NCBI GenBank assembly: GCA_035084275.1
Contig: CM068779.1
Coordinates: 310,001 to 374,000, forward strand
Source of the DNA: Hydrolagus colliei
Taxonomy: Eukaryota
DNA length: 64,000 bases
Direction of reading: 5' to 3'
The notes below the pieces were generated by a model. That model saw only the letters and a list, made by a program, of their open reading frames with translations, did not search any database and was not told the origin of the DNA. This document shows, piece after piece, positions 26,071-41,924 of the stretch; the first letter of the stretch is position 1, and the number at the start of each line of letters is the position of its first letter. The position numbers and the translations under genes were made by a program.

Positions 26071-26984
26071 TATGCTATGCATTGCATTTACTATGTTAAA
26101 CTGAGGTTCTGGCTGCACATGCGGATGCCACAATATCCCAGCTCCCATTTCAAATAGTGCGGGAGATTCTGTAAGTTTGCTGGGTAAACAGTCCCACAGA
26201 TACATTGATCAGTCACCTTATGGATGAATCTTGCAATTTACTGTGCGCAAAATCTCTCTTGTATTTCGAATCTACCGAAGCACTATTCCAAGATCAAATA
26301 GTAAAGCTGTGGAACATATTCCCGTAGGAGACTGTTTAAGCACAAAGTATTTATTGAAAAAAAACTGGTTAGGTTTGTTTTTGGAAGTATTGTAACATAG
26401 TACATATGTTGTTCGCGGACATATATGATTGCGACCAGTAGGAATGTGAATGGTGAACTAAATGCCTATTTTTTGAAAAATAGTTTGTTTATATCCTTAC
26501 GCTTCAATCAAAAATTCCCAATAAATAATCGCTGTAGAATATATACTGTGAGCGTTGGTGTGGGCGTTTGAAAGAGATGACATGAATTATCAAGTTTATT
26601 ATCAGTACTGTCTATCATTATTTCAACTAACATGTTTAGAATATTGGCTGAAATGGGAAGAATCAAAGGCTTCGGACTCTAGTAGTGGCGCTGTGATTAC
26701 TACTGAAATTTAAACATTTAATGGTGAATTGTGTACCACTCCACACAATCCCAATATGATTTGCAGACATTTGATGCGTCTGGTTATGAACTGCGGTACC
26801 ATTTGCAAAGCTTTCAGTTCGGCTCATTGGGTGCATTCGAGTCTCTTGGTAAGAAAAATCGTGATTTAAGTGTTTTGCTGGAGATGTGTTGCTTTGCCGG
26901 GAGTGCGGTCTTTTAGATGAGAGTTTAAACTAAGGTTTTTGTTCAACAATAGCTTCAACAACAAAATTATATTTACAGATTACG

Positions 26985-27535
26985 CATCGAGAGGACGAGC
27001 AGTCAGGCCTTGAACCTATCCTGCGGGTGGTACAGGGCAGTGGGGAGGGTCGGGAGAGAGTCAGAATGTTGCGAGAGAGTTGTGAGGGCAGCAGATGGCA
27101 TGTCCAAGAGTATGGCCTTCAGAACGTCCGTCAAAGAGGCGAGGGAGGAAGGTGAAGGTTTTGTGGGAAGGAGCTCCAGAGGGTGGGGACAGAGAGGCTT
27201 AAAGCCCGTCTGCCAATGCTGGGGCGGGTCGGGTGGGGGCTATAGTGCAGGCCTGAGTCCGCTGAACGCAGGGGTGGTGAGGTTCACAGGGCGACAGCAG
27301 GTCGGAGAAATAGTGGGGGGCAAGGCCGTGAATGGACTTGAACGCGCGGACGAGGATCTTGCTTTCGATACTCTGCCGCATGGCGAGCCAATGGAGCCGA
27401 GTGAGGGTGGGAGTGACGTGGTCACGGAACTTGGTACACGACCTGCAGAGTTGTGGATGATCTGGAGCTGATGAAGGTAGGAATCAAGAAGGCCGACATG
27501 GAAGGAGTCAATGTGGATGTTATCATTTCCCATGG
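26985..27535 (-). mobile_element. L2 LINE 3' fragment
   Basis: Reverse strand shows LQIIHNSAGRV and KILVRAFKSIHGLAPHYFSDLL. Confidence 0.8.
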
Positions 27536-28030
27536 CACGTTTCAAAATTATCAGTGAGTTTCAAATAGTCAACAATAACAATCCCTCGTATAAAATTAAT
27601 CACTCACTTGGTGGCATTTACTGATCTGCACAATCTAGCTTGAGCCATGTCTCACTGCAGCATTTCGCCCTTCCGACAAATCCACCTCACTATAGTCCTA
27701 AACTTTGCAAACGTGCTGAAGAAATCATTTTGTGTGGAATTGTTCGGAGTTAAGTCTTACAAATCAGAATTTTGTCTGATCACATTTTATTGGACACACG
27801 TTTAACATTATCATAGTGGAACGGAACAGAACAGGGCCCAAAAATTGTTGTCACAGAATCATAGAGCATTGCATCACAGAAAGAGGCCATTCAGCCCTGT
27901 GACAGCAACTCGAAAGAAGTACATTATCTCTCACACTCCAATGATTATTTGCACACAGATTTGAATTTATTTGCCTTTGCATCTTTCTCTCTCTCTCTCT
28001 CTATGTTTTGATAGTATTCTATCATAATCG

Positions 28031-28135
28031 TTTGAAGGCCATTACCAAAAAGCTAAGTGAATGATGATTCAATCACACTTTTAATTATTGTGATTTAATC
28101 GTGATTCACTTAGCTTTTTGGTAATGTCCTTCAAA
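28031..28135. repeat. Long inverted repeat (about 47-bp arms, 11-nt loop)
   Basis: Left arm TTTGAAGGCCATTACCAAAAAGCTAAGTGAATGATGATTCAATCACA pairs with the right arm with 4 mismatches. Confidence 0.9.
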
Positions 28136-28960
28136 GTTAGCAGACACATGGCAGGTGAAGTTTTATGCAGAGAAGTGTGAGGTGATAAATGTTGGGAGAA
28201 GACATAAGGGGAGGCAATATAGGCTAGATATTCCAATTTTAAGGAATGTGAAGTAACAAGAATCCTGGGGAGTTATGCTGGTGACGCTTTGAAGGTGGCA
28301 GTTCGGATAGACAAAGCCGTTTGGAACGGACACAATGCTTTAATGATAGGGGTACAGAAAACAAAAGTCAAGAAATGCTGACTAACCGCTATAAAACTTG
28401 GTTAGGCCACAGCTTGAGTACTGTGTTTAATTCTGCTTATCACACAATATAAACGATGTTAAGGCATTGGAAAGGGTACAAGGAAGGATTGCTAAAATGG
28501 TACCAAGATTGAAGGACTTCATTGATGAGGAAAGGCTAGGCAGGTTGTGTTTATTCTCTCTAGAAGAGAGAGGGTTGAGAGGTGATCTAAAACAGATTGA
28601 TAAAATCATGACCGAATTCGACAGCATGAATTAGTAAAATCTGTTTGCACTGGTGGGCGAACCTGTGACTCGCGGTGACAGATTTAACATAATTGCAAAA
28701 CGAAGCAGAAAGGATCTGAGGAGAATTTGTTTGACTCAGCTGGTTCGAATCTGAAATGCATTGCCTTAAAAGGTGGTGGAGGCTGATTCGATGACAGCAG
28801 TTAAAGAGACTTAGATTTATGTTTAGGAAGAGCAGGTCTGTGAGTTTATGGGGAGAGAGCTGGGTAGTGGGATTGAGTTGCTATTTTCGATGATCCGGCA
28901 CAGACTAGTTGGGCAAATGTGCTCCTGTTGTGTCGTAAAATTCCATTATTCTAGAGCTCA
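28136..28960 (+). mobile_element. Old CR1 LINE 3' fragment
   Basis: Degenerate homology to the 3' third of the CR1 at 24.9-25.7 kb. Confidence 0.85.
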
Positions 28961-31011
28961 ATTGAATACTCGATTACAAGTAATAGTTTGGCCATATATT
29001 CCCGTGGCTTCTCGTCTCAGCAGTCGAGCTTCATAAATACTTTCAGGGATTTAACCCTTAGCCTTATGACGTGCTCTGCTCTGGTATCGTAAGCCATCAC
29101 TTAAATTGATCCTGTACATTCGAAATGAAATTGCAATTTGCCATGGGACTTCTGGATCAAATCAAGAGCCTACACGTCATGTAAGTTATTGACTAGATGA
29201 AGCTACATCGCATCAACACGGAAATCAGTGGAATTCTTCTGTATATCTACAGATCAGCATTCATGTCTTCCACGCCAGCTGCATTGCCATGAGCCATGCT
29301 ATACCCAATCACCAGCATACCCTAAGACGCCATCGGCCTTACCACAAGCCAGGCCAGGCCTCCACAGCACAACTGCTTCCCTAGCAATAACCAAAACATG
29401 AATACCCCTGAACAATTATTTCTTGTTCATGATTGGAATGAGGCTAATTGCCAACCTATCGTGAAATTATTTTCTGTTGAGCCCTGCAGCTCGGTGACTT
29501 TGGTTCTAAGAATATTCGTTTGGATGTCACTTCATTAAACGATCCAATGCAATCCACGAGAATGGATTCATAAAGTCGTCAATTTTTATTGTCAGTGACG
29601 ATGTGGCGAGTGGAATACTTATATCAACTTGGTTTTGTGAAACGTGGAACTGCGGACACTACAGAGGATTGTGTAGGACAATCAATAAAAAACCGTGACA
29701 GAAGCGTGGGTAGGATTTTCAAGGGAGTTTATCACAAAAAAACAATGGCATGAACAGACAATCACATAAAAATAATGTGCGATTGTAAAATGAATTTTCG
29801 ATGAGAGGATGAACAATGGCGCTGGCAATTCAGGGATTTGCACGTTGTATGGTGTTCAGATCGAAAGAGGTGGAGGCTGAGGGAGAATAGTGCAGTTAGT
29901 CTTGTCAGAGTAATATGACGAGGAGATGGGTCAAGCAAACGCTTTCAAATAGACCACGGATTATTGGTACTGTTACGGCCGATTTGAATCAACGAAATGT
30001 CAAGAAATTCTCCAAAGCTCAGGTGCCGATATCAGGTGCTGATATCACGTGCTCCTAATTCTTATATTCTTATGTTCTTATATCATCACCCTTCACAGAT
30101 ACATTCACTCCACACATTACGGAGAAAATATGGCATCTCGGAATCCTAATCATCCATCAAATGTATGGACTATTATGGGATGGATTATTGTTATTAGGCA
30201 TGGGGAGTAAGGACACTTGCTCAAGATGTTGCCCTGATCTTCCTGGATTCGAACACAGATCTCACGTTTGTTAAACGAATGCTCTAACCACTGAGCTACA
30301 GGAGCTCTCACTATTAAACCTAGCATTCTAGGGTTGTGGTAAGGCATGATTACACCATCGAGACGTCTGAAAGCGCTTCACTAATATATTGTAAATTGAA
30401 TTTCTTGTAGTTTGTGGACAAAGCATGGCAGCAAATTGCAGAAATCAGTATCTCAGACACATCCTGGGATTGAGTGATCAAATTATATTTATTTATTTCA
30501 CTGGAATTAATTATCCTGGAAAAGTGTTGCCCTAGTCGACTAACTTGTAACTGTCTGCTGGTAAACAGAGGCGTGTGGAACAAGGAAATCTCCACAGCTT
30601 TTCACGTTTCGGAGAATCAAGCTCAGGTCTCTCGCTTGTGAGGTATATACTCTAATTGCTGAACAAGTCCACTTCACTGCAGAGTTGTGGAAAATGACTA
30701 TTGCAAATACCCAAATAATTAGAAAAATTATAATAACAATGATACTGGAGTTAGATAGTGTACCTTCCCCATCAGGAGGACGTCCAAAAGTGCTTTACTT
30801 TATTTAACGGTAAGTGGAGTGAAGGTTAACACGAAAGCCCAATTGCTTACAGGAATATCCCACAAAAGTTCAGACAGTCAATAACAAATTTTACATGGCT
30901 GATTGTGGGACAGGAATCTGGGTTAAATTCTCGATCAGCAATAGGGGGTATTTAATCTCCACCTGACCTGACCAAATGAGCTCGTTCGATACACAACGTA
31001 ACAATAGGTAA

Positions 31012-31379
31012 ATATTACCCACAATTGTAGCGTTGCCATTTCAGACCGTCCGCCATAGTTAATTAAACATGTGTGGCCTCCATTATAGTCACCCTCGCTT
31101 CTTCTATTCTGAGAGACACATCGCCCTGTATCAACCCATCTAACAACAAGTACGTTCTGCCTGTGTGGGATTCATCCTGATCTTCTGTTTGGTAACGTCC
31201 ATCAATGTATAAGTTCAGGGGCGATTCAAACTTGTTCCTGAACCTTCTGATCTCCAACACCCTCCTACCTCCCCCCCCCTCACTGACGTGACAGGGATAT
31301 CGAACACTTACAGTCCAGCACCACTTCTGTACCAGCTCTGGCTGTGATCGGGTAAGCAGCGCCACTCACATTAATATCT
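31012..31379 (-). pseudogene. Butyrophilin/B7-family IgV exon remnant
   Basis: Frame-corrected translation is DINVSGAAYPITARAGTEVVLDCKCS..VLEIRRFRNKFESPLNLYIDGRYQTEDQDESHTGRTYLLLDGLIQGDVSLRIEEARV..NGGHTCLINYGGRSEMATLQLWV, matching the BTN/MOG-type V signature (LY.DG....Q...Y.GRT.L..D....G.VSLRI). A CAG acceptor precedes 31379. There are about 3 frameshifts, and the C-strand Trp is lost. Confidence 0.8.
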
Positions 31380-31604
31380 CTGCTTCAATGACAAACAATG
31401 GGTACGGTTAACATGGCCAGAAACACATTGACAATATACAGTCACTGAGATGCGATCGAGGTGCATGCTTTGAGGTTGAGGATATTTGGCGTGAAGCAAT
31501 TCCATTCCCCCTGATGTTTGTGAAAACTGCCAAATATCACTGCCGTCTTCATAAATCCCTACATCCCTACAATCAATAAACTGTTCTCAATTGAACAATT
31601 ACCT

Positions 31605-31790
31605 GGAGCTCCTGTGGCTCATTGGTTAGAGCACTTGTCTTGTAAGCTGGGGAGACCAAGCTGGGGAGACCTGTGTTCGAATCCAAACAGGTCAGGGCGA
31701 AATCTTTGGCAAGACTATTGTGTGCAGTTTTGGTCTCCTTACTTAATATAGGACATACTTGCCTTAGTATGCAGCGTAGATTCACTAGGT
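31605..31790 (+). mobile_element. tRNA-derived SINE 5' part
   Basis: GGAGCTCCTGTGGCTCATTGGTTAGAGC...GTTCGAATCC head with an internal GCTGGGGAGACC duplication. Confidence 0.8.
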
Positions 31791-32235
31791 TAGTTCATGG
31801 GATGAGGCGACTGACCTATGAGGATAGGTTGAATAGACTAGGGCTGTAATCTCTAAAGTGTAGAAGAATTAAGGGGTATCTTGTTGAAACATATAAGATT
31901 CTTAAAGGGCGGGATAAAGTAGACATTGAGGGACTGTTTCCCCTGGTAGGAGAATCTATAACCAGGGGTCATATCTTAAAATTATGGGTCAGCCTTTTAG
32001 AACAGAGTTGAGGAAACATTTCTTCTCCCAAAGAGTAGTGAATATATGTAATTCACTACCCCAGAAGTCTGTAGATGCTCAGTCCTTGAATAGTTTCAAA
32101 TCTGAGACTGATAGATTTTCAAAATATATAGGGATTAGAGGATATAGAGATAGGTCAGCAGATCAGCCACGATCTTATCAAATGGTGGGGCAGGCTCGAG
32201 GGGCCGAAAGGCCTACTCCTGCTCCTATTTCTTCT
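31785..32235 (+). mobile_element. CR1 LINE 3' fragment (different subfamily)
   Basis: FRTELRKHFFSQRVVNICNSLP motif plus a GGCCGAAAGGCC terminal stem. Confidence 0.8.
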
Positions 32236-32912
32236 GTTCTTATCTTACTTACTCCACACGCCTAATAATAATCCGTCCAAAAAAAAACAGAATAATAAAA
32301 TTGGTCATTTCAATTCACGACTGTTTGTGAATTGAAGTAGCAGTTGGCTACCGCGATTCCCCCACAAATATATACAGTCAATTCACTTCATATTATATTC
32401 AGTGAAGCGCTCTGGGACGTCGATAAATTAGGAAAAGCGCTATATCAAATGCAAGCATTATTATTATAATCTTCTACCATTGAGAAAATAAACTGCTATT
32501 TCTAGAGTAATCATAATCATTGCATTTGATACAGCGCTCTTCACGTCTTCTAGACTGTGCCTCAAAGCGCTTCTCAAAAAACTACTGCTACGTGAATTGA
32601 CTATAAACACGAGAGCGAAACATGGGACTATATTGCACACAGCAGTGTCAAGCAAACTGTCGTGGATTCAAGTTACCAAATTATGATGTTTATTTGAGAG
32701 ATTATTATCAGATATATAGAGTAAGAAATCTTGCCCAAGGTTTCGCCTGGAGTCAATCCAGATATTTTGCGTGCGAGGCGAGGGATCTAACCATTGGCAA
32801 TGTCGCTCAAACTCACAAGGAAGCGAGCGATAAATTATATTTGATTTGGAGGTTATTGGCCTGCAAAATGCAGTAATCGTCCTCCTATACATTTCACATA
32901 TTACCATATGTT

Positions 32913-33048
32913 NNNNNNNNNNNNNNNNNNNNNNNNNNNNNNNNNNNNNNNNNNNNNNNNNNNNNNNNNNNNNNNNNNNNNNNNNNNNNNNNNNNNNNNN
33001 NNNNNNNNNNNNNNNNNNNNNNNNNNNNNNNNNNNNNNNNNNNNNNNN
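32913..33048. other. Assembly gap (136 N)
   Basis: Run of N. Confidence 1.
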
Positions 33049-33869
33049 CCCACCGATCGACCGACCGTCTGCCTCTACCTCAGTAATAAACACCCCCACC
33101 TTTCATGGATTTGAAATACAGACCTTATTTCTCACCAGCTCTATTGTGCAGTACAACTACACAATCAGTTTAATTTCTCACAATCACTCTCTGTAAACAA
33201 AGCAGCCTTTCTTTCTGTTCCTCTACATTAACCACATAAACAGTCGCTATTGAAGGCTGCTCAATGCCAACTGCACTGTGACCATATCTCACAATAAGAT
33301 CCTGAGAAATTGTTGCAGAAAATTAAATGAAATGATATGGAACTGCATAAAAGTAAGGATGGTTTATGTTCACTGTGTAAATACCCTTCACAACTGTTGG
33401 AACAATGCCATGCAGTTACTGACTTCCCCATTCCACTTCACATCCAAGCGATAGGAATGCGTTGTAATACTCCATATCACTTGGACCTTGTTCTGATCCG
33501 AAGTGACGTCAGCCCCTCTAGCAATTCCCCCCCCCCCACCCCACCACCACCCCCAACCACTCCCCCTTCATTATGAAGGTGAAGTGACAGATTCCATCTC
33601 CTCATCGGCAGTGTGAGCTCTCAGGCTGTTTGCTATCTGAACCATTGCTGAAATCTGACTCTCAGTTTAGGAAGCGGCGCTGCTCGCGAAATCAACTTCA
33701 AGCATCGTGCAAGTCCCGACAGCTTTAACTTGCTGATAGCATCTTTAAAACTTCAGTAGTAATGAGATAGTTTCAGCACCAAAGTTGAGAACTATTCCAT
33801 CAAGATTGGCGATATGGTGATGCATTGCAATATGGAATTACAAACATTTTACATGTTGATAACATCAAC

Positions 33870-34260
33870 AAAATATTATTTCAAAACTACCTTTCGCATC
33901 AAGAGAGCCGACAGTTTTAGCAGCACAGCTGAAGTCATGGACAAAAGCGAAGTTATTGAGTGGTTCCTTGCAGTAGACTAGAAAGGGAACAAGGCGAACA
34001 GATTGTTGGATGGAGTTGCAAAATGTGTGGGCGGAGAGGCTGAAATCCCGGCGACCATTGCTAGGAATTGTTGGGCAGGACACACGGAGTAGGTCAGAGC
34101 CTGCAAACAGGTTGGTAGGGTCACAGCAGGTCAGAGATCCAGGATTGGCCACGACCAATGAGGATTTCTATCTCAACCCACTGAGCAACGGGATGACGGG
34201 GAGGAGTCGTGGGTTGTCATGGGGTCATGGAACCTCGCAACCTGTGCTTGGCACTTGACA
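33870..34260 (-). mobile_element. L2 LINE 3' fragment, degenerate
   Basis: Reverse strand shows GRRDFSLSAHTFCNSIQQSVR, a remnant of the L2 C-terminus. Confidence 0.6.
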
Positions 34261-37200
34261 AAACAGCTGGACCACTGGATATCAGTCTACGTCTATATAA
34301 TGCCCCCCAAATCCTAAATCATCTTATCAAGTGAATATGTTAAGACATTAGTTGCTGACATGTAATTGGCTGATGAGCGAGCCCCTGATTTCCAATGATC
34401 CACGCCTCACATCTTGATACAATGAACCACTGCCGGAGTCTGAAGCACTTCAGAGACATTTGGAGTTCCTTTTCTATCTTGTGTTTGCCCCGTTCCTATT
34501 GTAACTCAGATATTGTGTTTTTTGCTCCCTCCTGCTGGACACGCAAACTGCAGATATCAGGCTGATTAGGATCTGAAACTCTCCTCAAATATGCATCTCA
34601 CTGAAGCGCTTCTAAGAAATTTATTTCCCAACTGTCTGCCGAGTCACCCTGTGTTTTATTTAGCAGCCGTGATGTTCACGTTTAGAAGAATCTATCAAGA
34701 ATCATAGAGATAAATAAAATTGCGTTTTTAAGGTACGCTGATGTTGCCGACATGTAGAGTCCAATGATCAAATGAGCCTCGTTGATGGTAGTACATTTAC
34801 TAAATTGTCACCTTATACATTTACCCATTTTATCAACATTTAGTCAATATATTAACACTTGAACTTCTGAATTGTCTGCAACACATGGATAAACAAAGTA
34901 CAGACTGGCAAACGCTTCACCTGTTCACCATTCCGACATAATAAACTTCAATATCAACTCTGCTCTATCAGCTCTGTGCTTTCAAGTACTAAATTCCATT
35001 GTGCAGGTTTTCGCCAATTGTTCTGAAGTGATAGTATCTGCCTCCAGGTTACTTCTCCCATAGTTACTGTAAACATCCTCTCGCATTTTAATATCACATA
35101 TTGCTCTATTTTGAATTATTTACAGTCGAAATCATGGCTGTCGAATGGACCACGGAATGGAAATGATCCATTGCCTTATCTCTCCTCAGGAGCTCCACAC
35201 ATTGACACTGAGCTGTTGCGAGAAAGAGCTTCTCGATCGCCATTTGGATGTGACTGTCTAATAGTCACTGGGGTTCGGTGGAGGAACTTCAGCACAAATT
35301 CTCTCCAGGGAAGAGCAGAAACCAGTTTGCGGGCAGGATAGGCTCAAATCCTATCTAAAGTTACAGCTGCAACAGCATCGGACCTTGCATTTAACCTCGT
35401 GCACGTTCACGATTTCAAGTCGTCTCCAAGCGTTTGCCAGAACACACGAAATTTATAGTTAATGCATATTTTGTTCGCGAAACGCGGCTGCAAATTGTTC
35501 ACAGCAGTATTCCACAAAAAGGGCTGTATCCAGACTTTTATTATGTATCTATATTGTTGAAGGGTCTATTACCCCCACTAAAGCAATATTCTAATAGACC
35601 AACAGCCCAGTTCCCAACAACTGCTGGGAAAACCATTGCTGTGTGCTTCGATTAAGAAACTTGCTGACGGTTTCACCTGTACAATTTACCCCGCCACCCC
35701 CACCCCCACCGCCTCCCGCACTCCCCCCATACATACACACAAACAAACACTCACACAGAAGAACAGTGGCAAAAAAAACTTTAATTTTTTTTACATAAAA
35801 GAGTGCTTCTCAAGTCGGGAGGCAGATACAATCTCCGCACCTCTTTCCAACAGCACTCATGCTGATTGTATCTGATCCACTGCTGAAATCTGACGCCCAC
35901 TAAAGGGTGTAGAACTTCTCACAAAATCACCTGCATCTATGTGATACGTTCCTACGCGGATAATTTGCTGGTAGCAGTAATTTGCCGACTGCAAAGGCAT
36001 CAATTTACACCAGGAAATAAATATTATAAATAATCTGTAAAGTGTGGTGATATGCACAGGCATTGCTGCATGAATTGGATACCGCTACACACTCCCTGTC
36101 CCGAGCTCGGGTCTGAAACAATGACTGTGCAGCGCCTTGGGTCGTCCTCCTGAAAGGAGCTTTACTGGTTTAATTTTGATTATGTAGTTGTTGATATGAA
36201 CTAGGTATTTGAGCGAAGACGTGGTCGACAGTTCCAGTTCCTTGTCCACAATCCATTAAAAATCCTATGTCGTTTCATCAAGTTGACGTGTCAAGGTTTT
36301 ACCTGTTGACCTGTACATGGGACATGAGCACACGGCTGGTCTCCATGTTATGCAGGACTCACACACTAACGTAAGATGACACCACCGCTGCTCGTCAGAG
36401 AAACAAAGGTTAATTTACTGTTTTCTACTTTATTGAGTTATTTCCAGTTCTACTGTTGTGTTGTCTGTTCCCTCCTGTGGGTTCCCTCCCGCTGGACAGG
36501 CGAGCGGCAGCTCTCAGGCTGTTTACGATCTGACACTCTCCTGGAATGTGACTCTACCAAAGGGAGGGGCGCTGCTCAGAAAATGGTGTCCAACCAGTTT
36601 GACAAGTCACTGCGTGTTTAAGGTTAAGGTATTTATTTTTCTGTACTGAGAATGATTTTCAGAGGCATTAGTTATAATCCATTAATAGAAATGAAGTCTC
36701 AAATTCATGTTGTGCATTTTTAAGCCTAATGAGCCGCTTGAAAATGTTTCAAATATTTAAAATCAAATTTCATCTTTTGAAACATGGCATAATTTGAGTT
36801 CTCCAATAAAATCAATAATAGTCTTAATAGTAACTACTTACAATAATAACATATTTTTAGAAATGTAAAAAGGTGATGTAGCTCGTCAGTCAGATGTCTT
36901 CACTGAATATCCTGTAGCGAGTAGTGATTGTAAGTTTTCTGAGTAAAATATCGATTAAAGCCAACATGTTGGAATATATAGTTTGTGGCAATTCGGTTAC
37001 AATATTTGACGGTTAGAATAAATATCCAGGTCGTGAATGAACACCCAAATCAGCGGCGGTCAGAGGAAGAGAAGCCCCCAATCACATCCCAACTCCACAC
37101 TTTCAAAACCCCGCACACCTTATCACAGTCAAAGGAGGAGAGACTGGGCTGTGAAGAAACTGTGTGTAATTGACAGTGGGCGTCTCCTCTCTGTACATTC

Positions 37201-37269
37201 AGCCAGGATTGATTCTGCATACAATAGTGTAGGTACACAACAAACCCGAGGAACCGGTTTGAGAGGTAG

Positions 37270-39524
<2,255 letters not shown>

Positions 39525-41924
39525 TGAGGAGGAAAATCCTCAGCCGTGAACCGCGTTTGCTTGTGATTCCCACCAGGCTGGGGTGGGGAATACGGGTGAA
39601 TTCTGTGCTTCTCCCCAGTTTTGATCTGAGTTTGTGAATGGAAAATGAATACACAATAATAAAATATAATAATGGTTACATTTAATTTAGCAACTGATCG
39701 CGACTTCTAGACTTCTCAAATAATCGTGCCATACACTGTAAAGTTAACTGACTGTAGAATTGGTACAGCAAACACGGCACGGAATAGCACACAACAGTGC
39801 CTACAAAACAGTCGTGAACTGAATAAATTAGTTTATTATTTTTGCAAGCAATTATTACTCATGGAAAGTGACACGTCGACCGACTCACAACCGGGTTCCT
39901 ACTTATGGCTGGTAAACCGAGGCACCTGTGTGGAGGAAGGAAACGTGCACAACGATTCTGCCTGATGGGAATCGAACCAAGTTTTCTCGTTTGGGGGGCG
40001 AGTACTCTAACCACTGAGCTGCAGGATCCCACTGGGAGGCTGTGGGGGCTACGATGCACATCCCCTTCTCCTTATCTCACTGTGCTTAATATCCAGTCTA
40101 TTTCTCGTGCAAGCTTTCATAAATGCGAAAATATACAACAAAGCTTGTCGTTTATCTCACGCATTTCACATTGTGATGATATCTCATATGTTTCTCAAGA
40201 TTTTCGGTACTGATTGTGTTGTTTGTTCGTGAATGCAGCAGCGAATTTACACACAGCGTTATCCAACTTAAGTTACATTTCACACAATCAGAACCAGATC
40301 ATGCATGGAGCTGCTGACATCTATAATAATTATGCTTGTGTATGTTGCAGAACTTATCGGATGTGGCGGAGAATATTTAAACAGCAATACTCAGAAATAC
40401 TTACTACAATGAATACCAGGATGGAGCAATCAGCTCCTAGTATCCTAGTAATCACCCTTGTGTAGTAAACGATAACTTTTCACATTTTTCTGATGTCTCG
40501 TCGCACATTATAGTGTATACTGGAAATTGTAGTAACTGCAAAATTTGTGGTAGGTAGCTAACTGCGCACAGTGAGTGTCCCACAAACAATCTTGGAGACG
40601 AATTTTCAGAAAAGTAGCGAATATTACAGGAAGAAAATTGACCAGCATTCGTCTAACAATTGATTTCCTTCTGATTGCTACATCAACACAGATGGAGTAA
40701 GGAAACTTGCCCATGGATTCATCTGACCAATGTCCTCTCGATTACGTGGCGACCGGTCTAAACACTGAACCATGGGGACCACAGAATATCTGGGTGAGGA
40801 GTGGGAGGAGCTGCATGAGGAGCGGGAGGGGCTGGTGTGGAGGGCTAGGAGCTGAGTGAAGAGGGGTAGTGGCTTAGTGAAGGTGGTAGCGTTCTGAGTG
40901 TGGAGGAGAAGATTTGTGTGCCTCGATGTTGGTTTCTAAGTAAGGGATGTGAACCCAAATCGTTGACTCGCTTTTCCTCTCTCCGTAGATGTTGCCAGAC
41001 CTGTCGAGTGATCGCATTCCTGTTGTTATTACTTTCTTTCCCCAACATGTCTTTGCTGATGTCACCCGCGAAGCTGCCTTGTCTGTCAGGTCTATGTCCC
41101 TCCCACAGTGTCTAGCACATGCTGGGGTTGGGCTGTGAATTGCCTGGAAGATCACCTCTGTATCACAGGGAAATGAACCATTTGTTTCTGGTGATCTATT
41201 ACGGTGGTAGGTAAGTTGGAGAACTGGCAATTTGCATACTAGTATTAACCACCTCAAACTCTGGCACACTTTCCATCAATCAATCGTCTTATCCTTTATT
41301 ACCAAGACCTTTCTATTAGACATTGGCGACAGTCACTTCCCCGTCTCCCCGGGTCGTTGTCAGGCAATGCGATCGACCCTGTTCGATGGTAACAGCGATG
41401 GTAACAGCAATTTGCAGATGTAATTAAAATCACACGGAAAAATATTCAGTCTTTTGACGAGAATGACACATAGTCCACTGAAAGTTGTGAACAGGGATTC
41501 AATTAAAAGCATTTAAACCCCGAAGGAAAACACTTACAATAATAATAATTATTGTCTTTTTTATAGCGCCTTCTCACGACTTCCGGCCGTTTCACTGCGA
41601 GACTGTTTCAGATTTTCGGGGCGCGCAGCCTGAAAATGTGACCTACAACAGCGACTGGTCTGTCTTTCGAAGTCCTGCCGTTGAGCCAGGATGGGAGGGT
41701 GCTGTCAATGGGAGCCCTGGACATACTACGGATCCTCCTCGATCAGGAACTGACCTAGGTACCCTCACAGCGAGGCTAGGTCTGGGATCGATTGTGAGAA
41801 TGTATTACAAAACCCCAGATCACCTGCAGTCAGACTTACTCCTCTTTTACTTGAGAACATTGTGGGCAGCTACACAGTGTAATGGCACCATCTGTCGGCA
41901 GCGAAGCGGTACTACCACAACAAT

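Noticed and set aside
35266-35313. J-segment-like CACTGGG-GTTCGGTGGAGGAACT (FGGGTSAQIL)
   Set aside because: The heptamer lacks the essential terminal GTG, there is no nonamer at a 12 or 23 spacing, there is no GT donor, and there are in-frame stops just upstream. It is probably chance or an unrecoverable remnant.
40566-40595. RSS-like CACAGTG followed by ACAA
   Set aside because: It is part of the SINE body (GCGCACAGCAG...CCCACAAA), the nonamer is poor, and it is not adjacent to any V or J.
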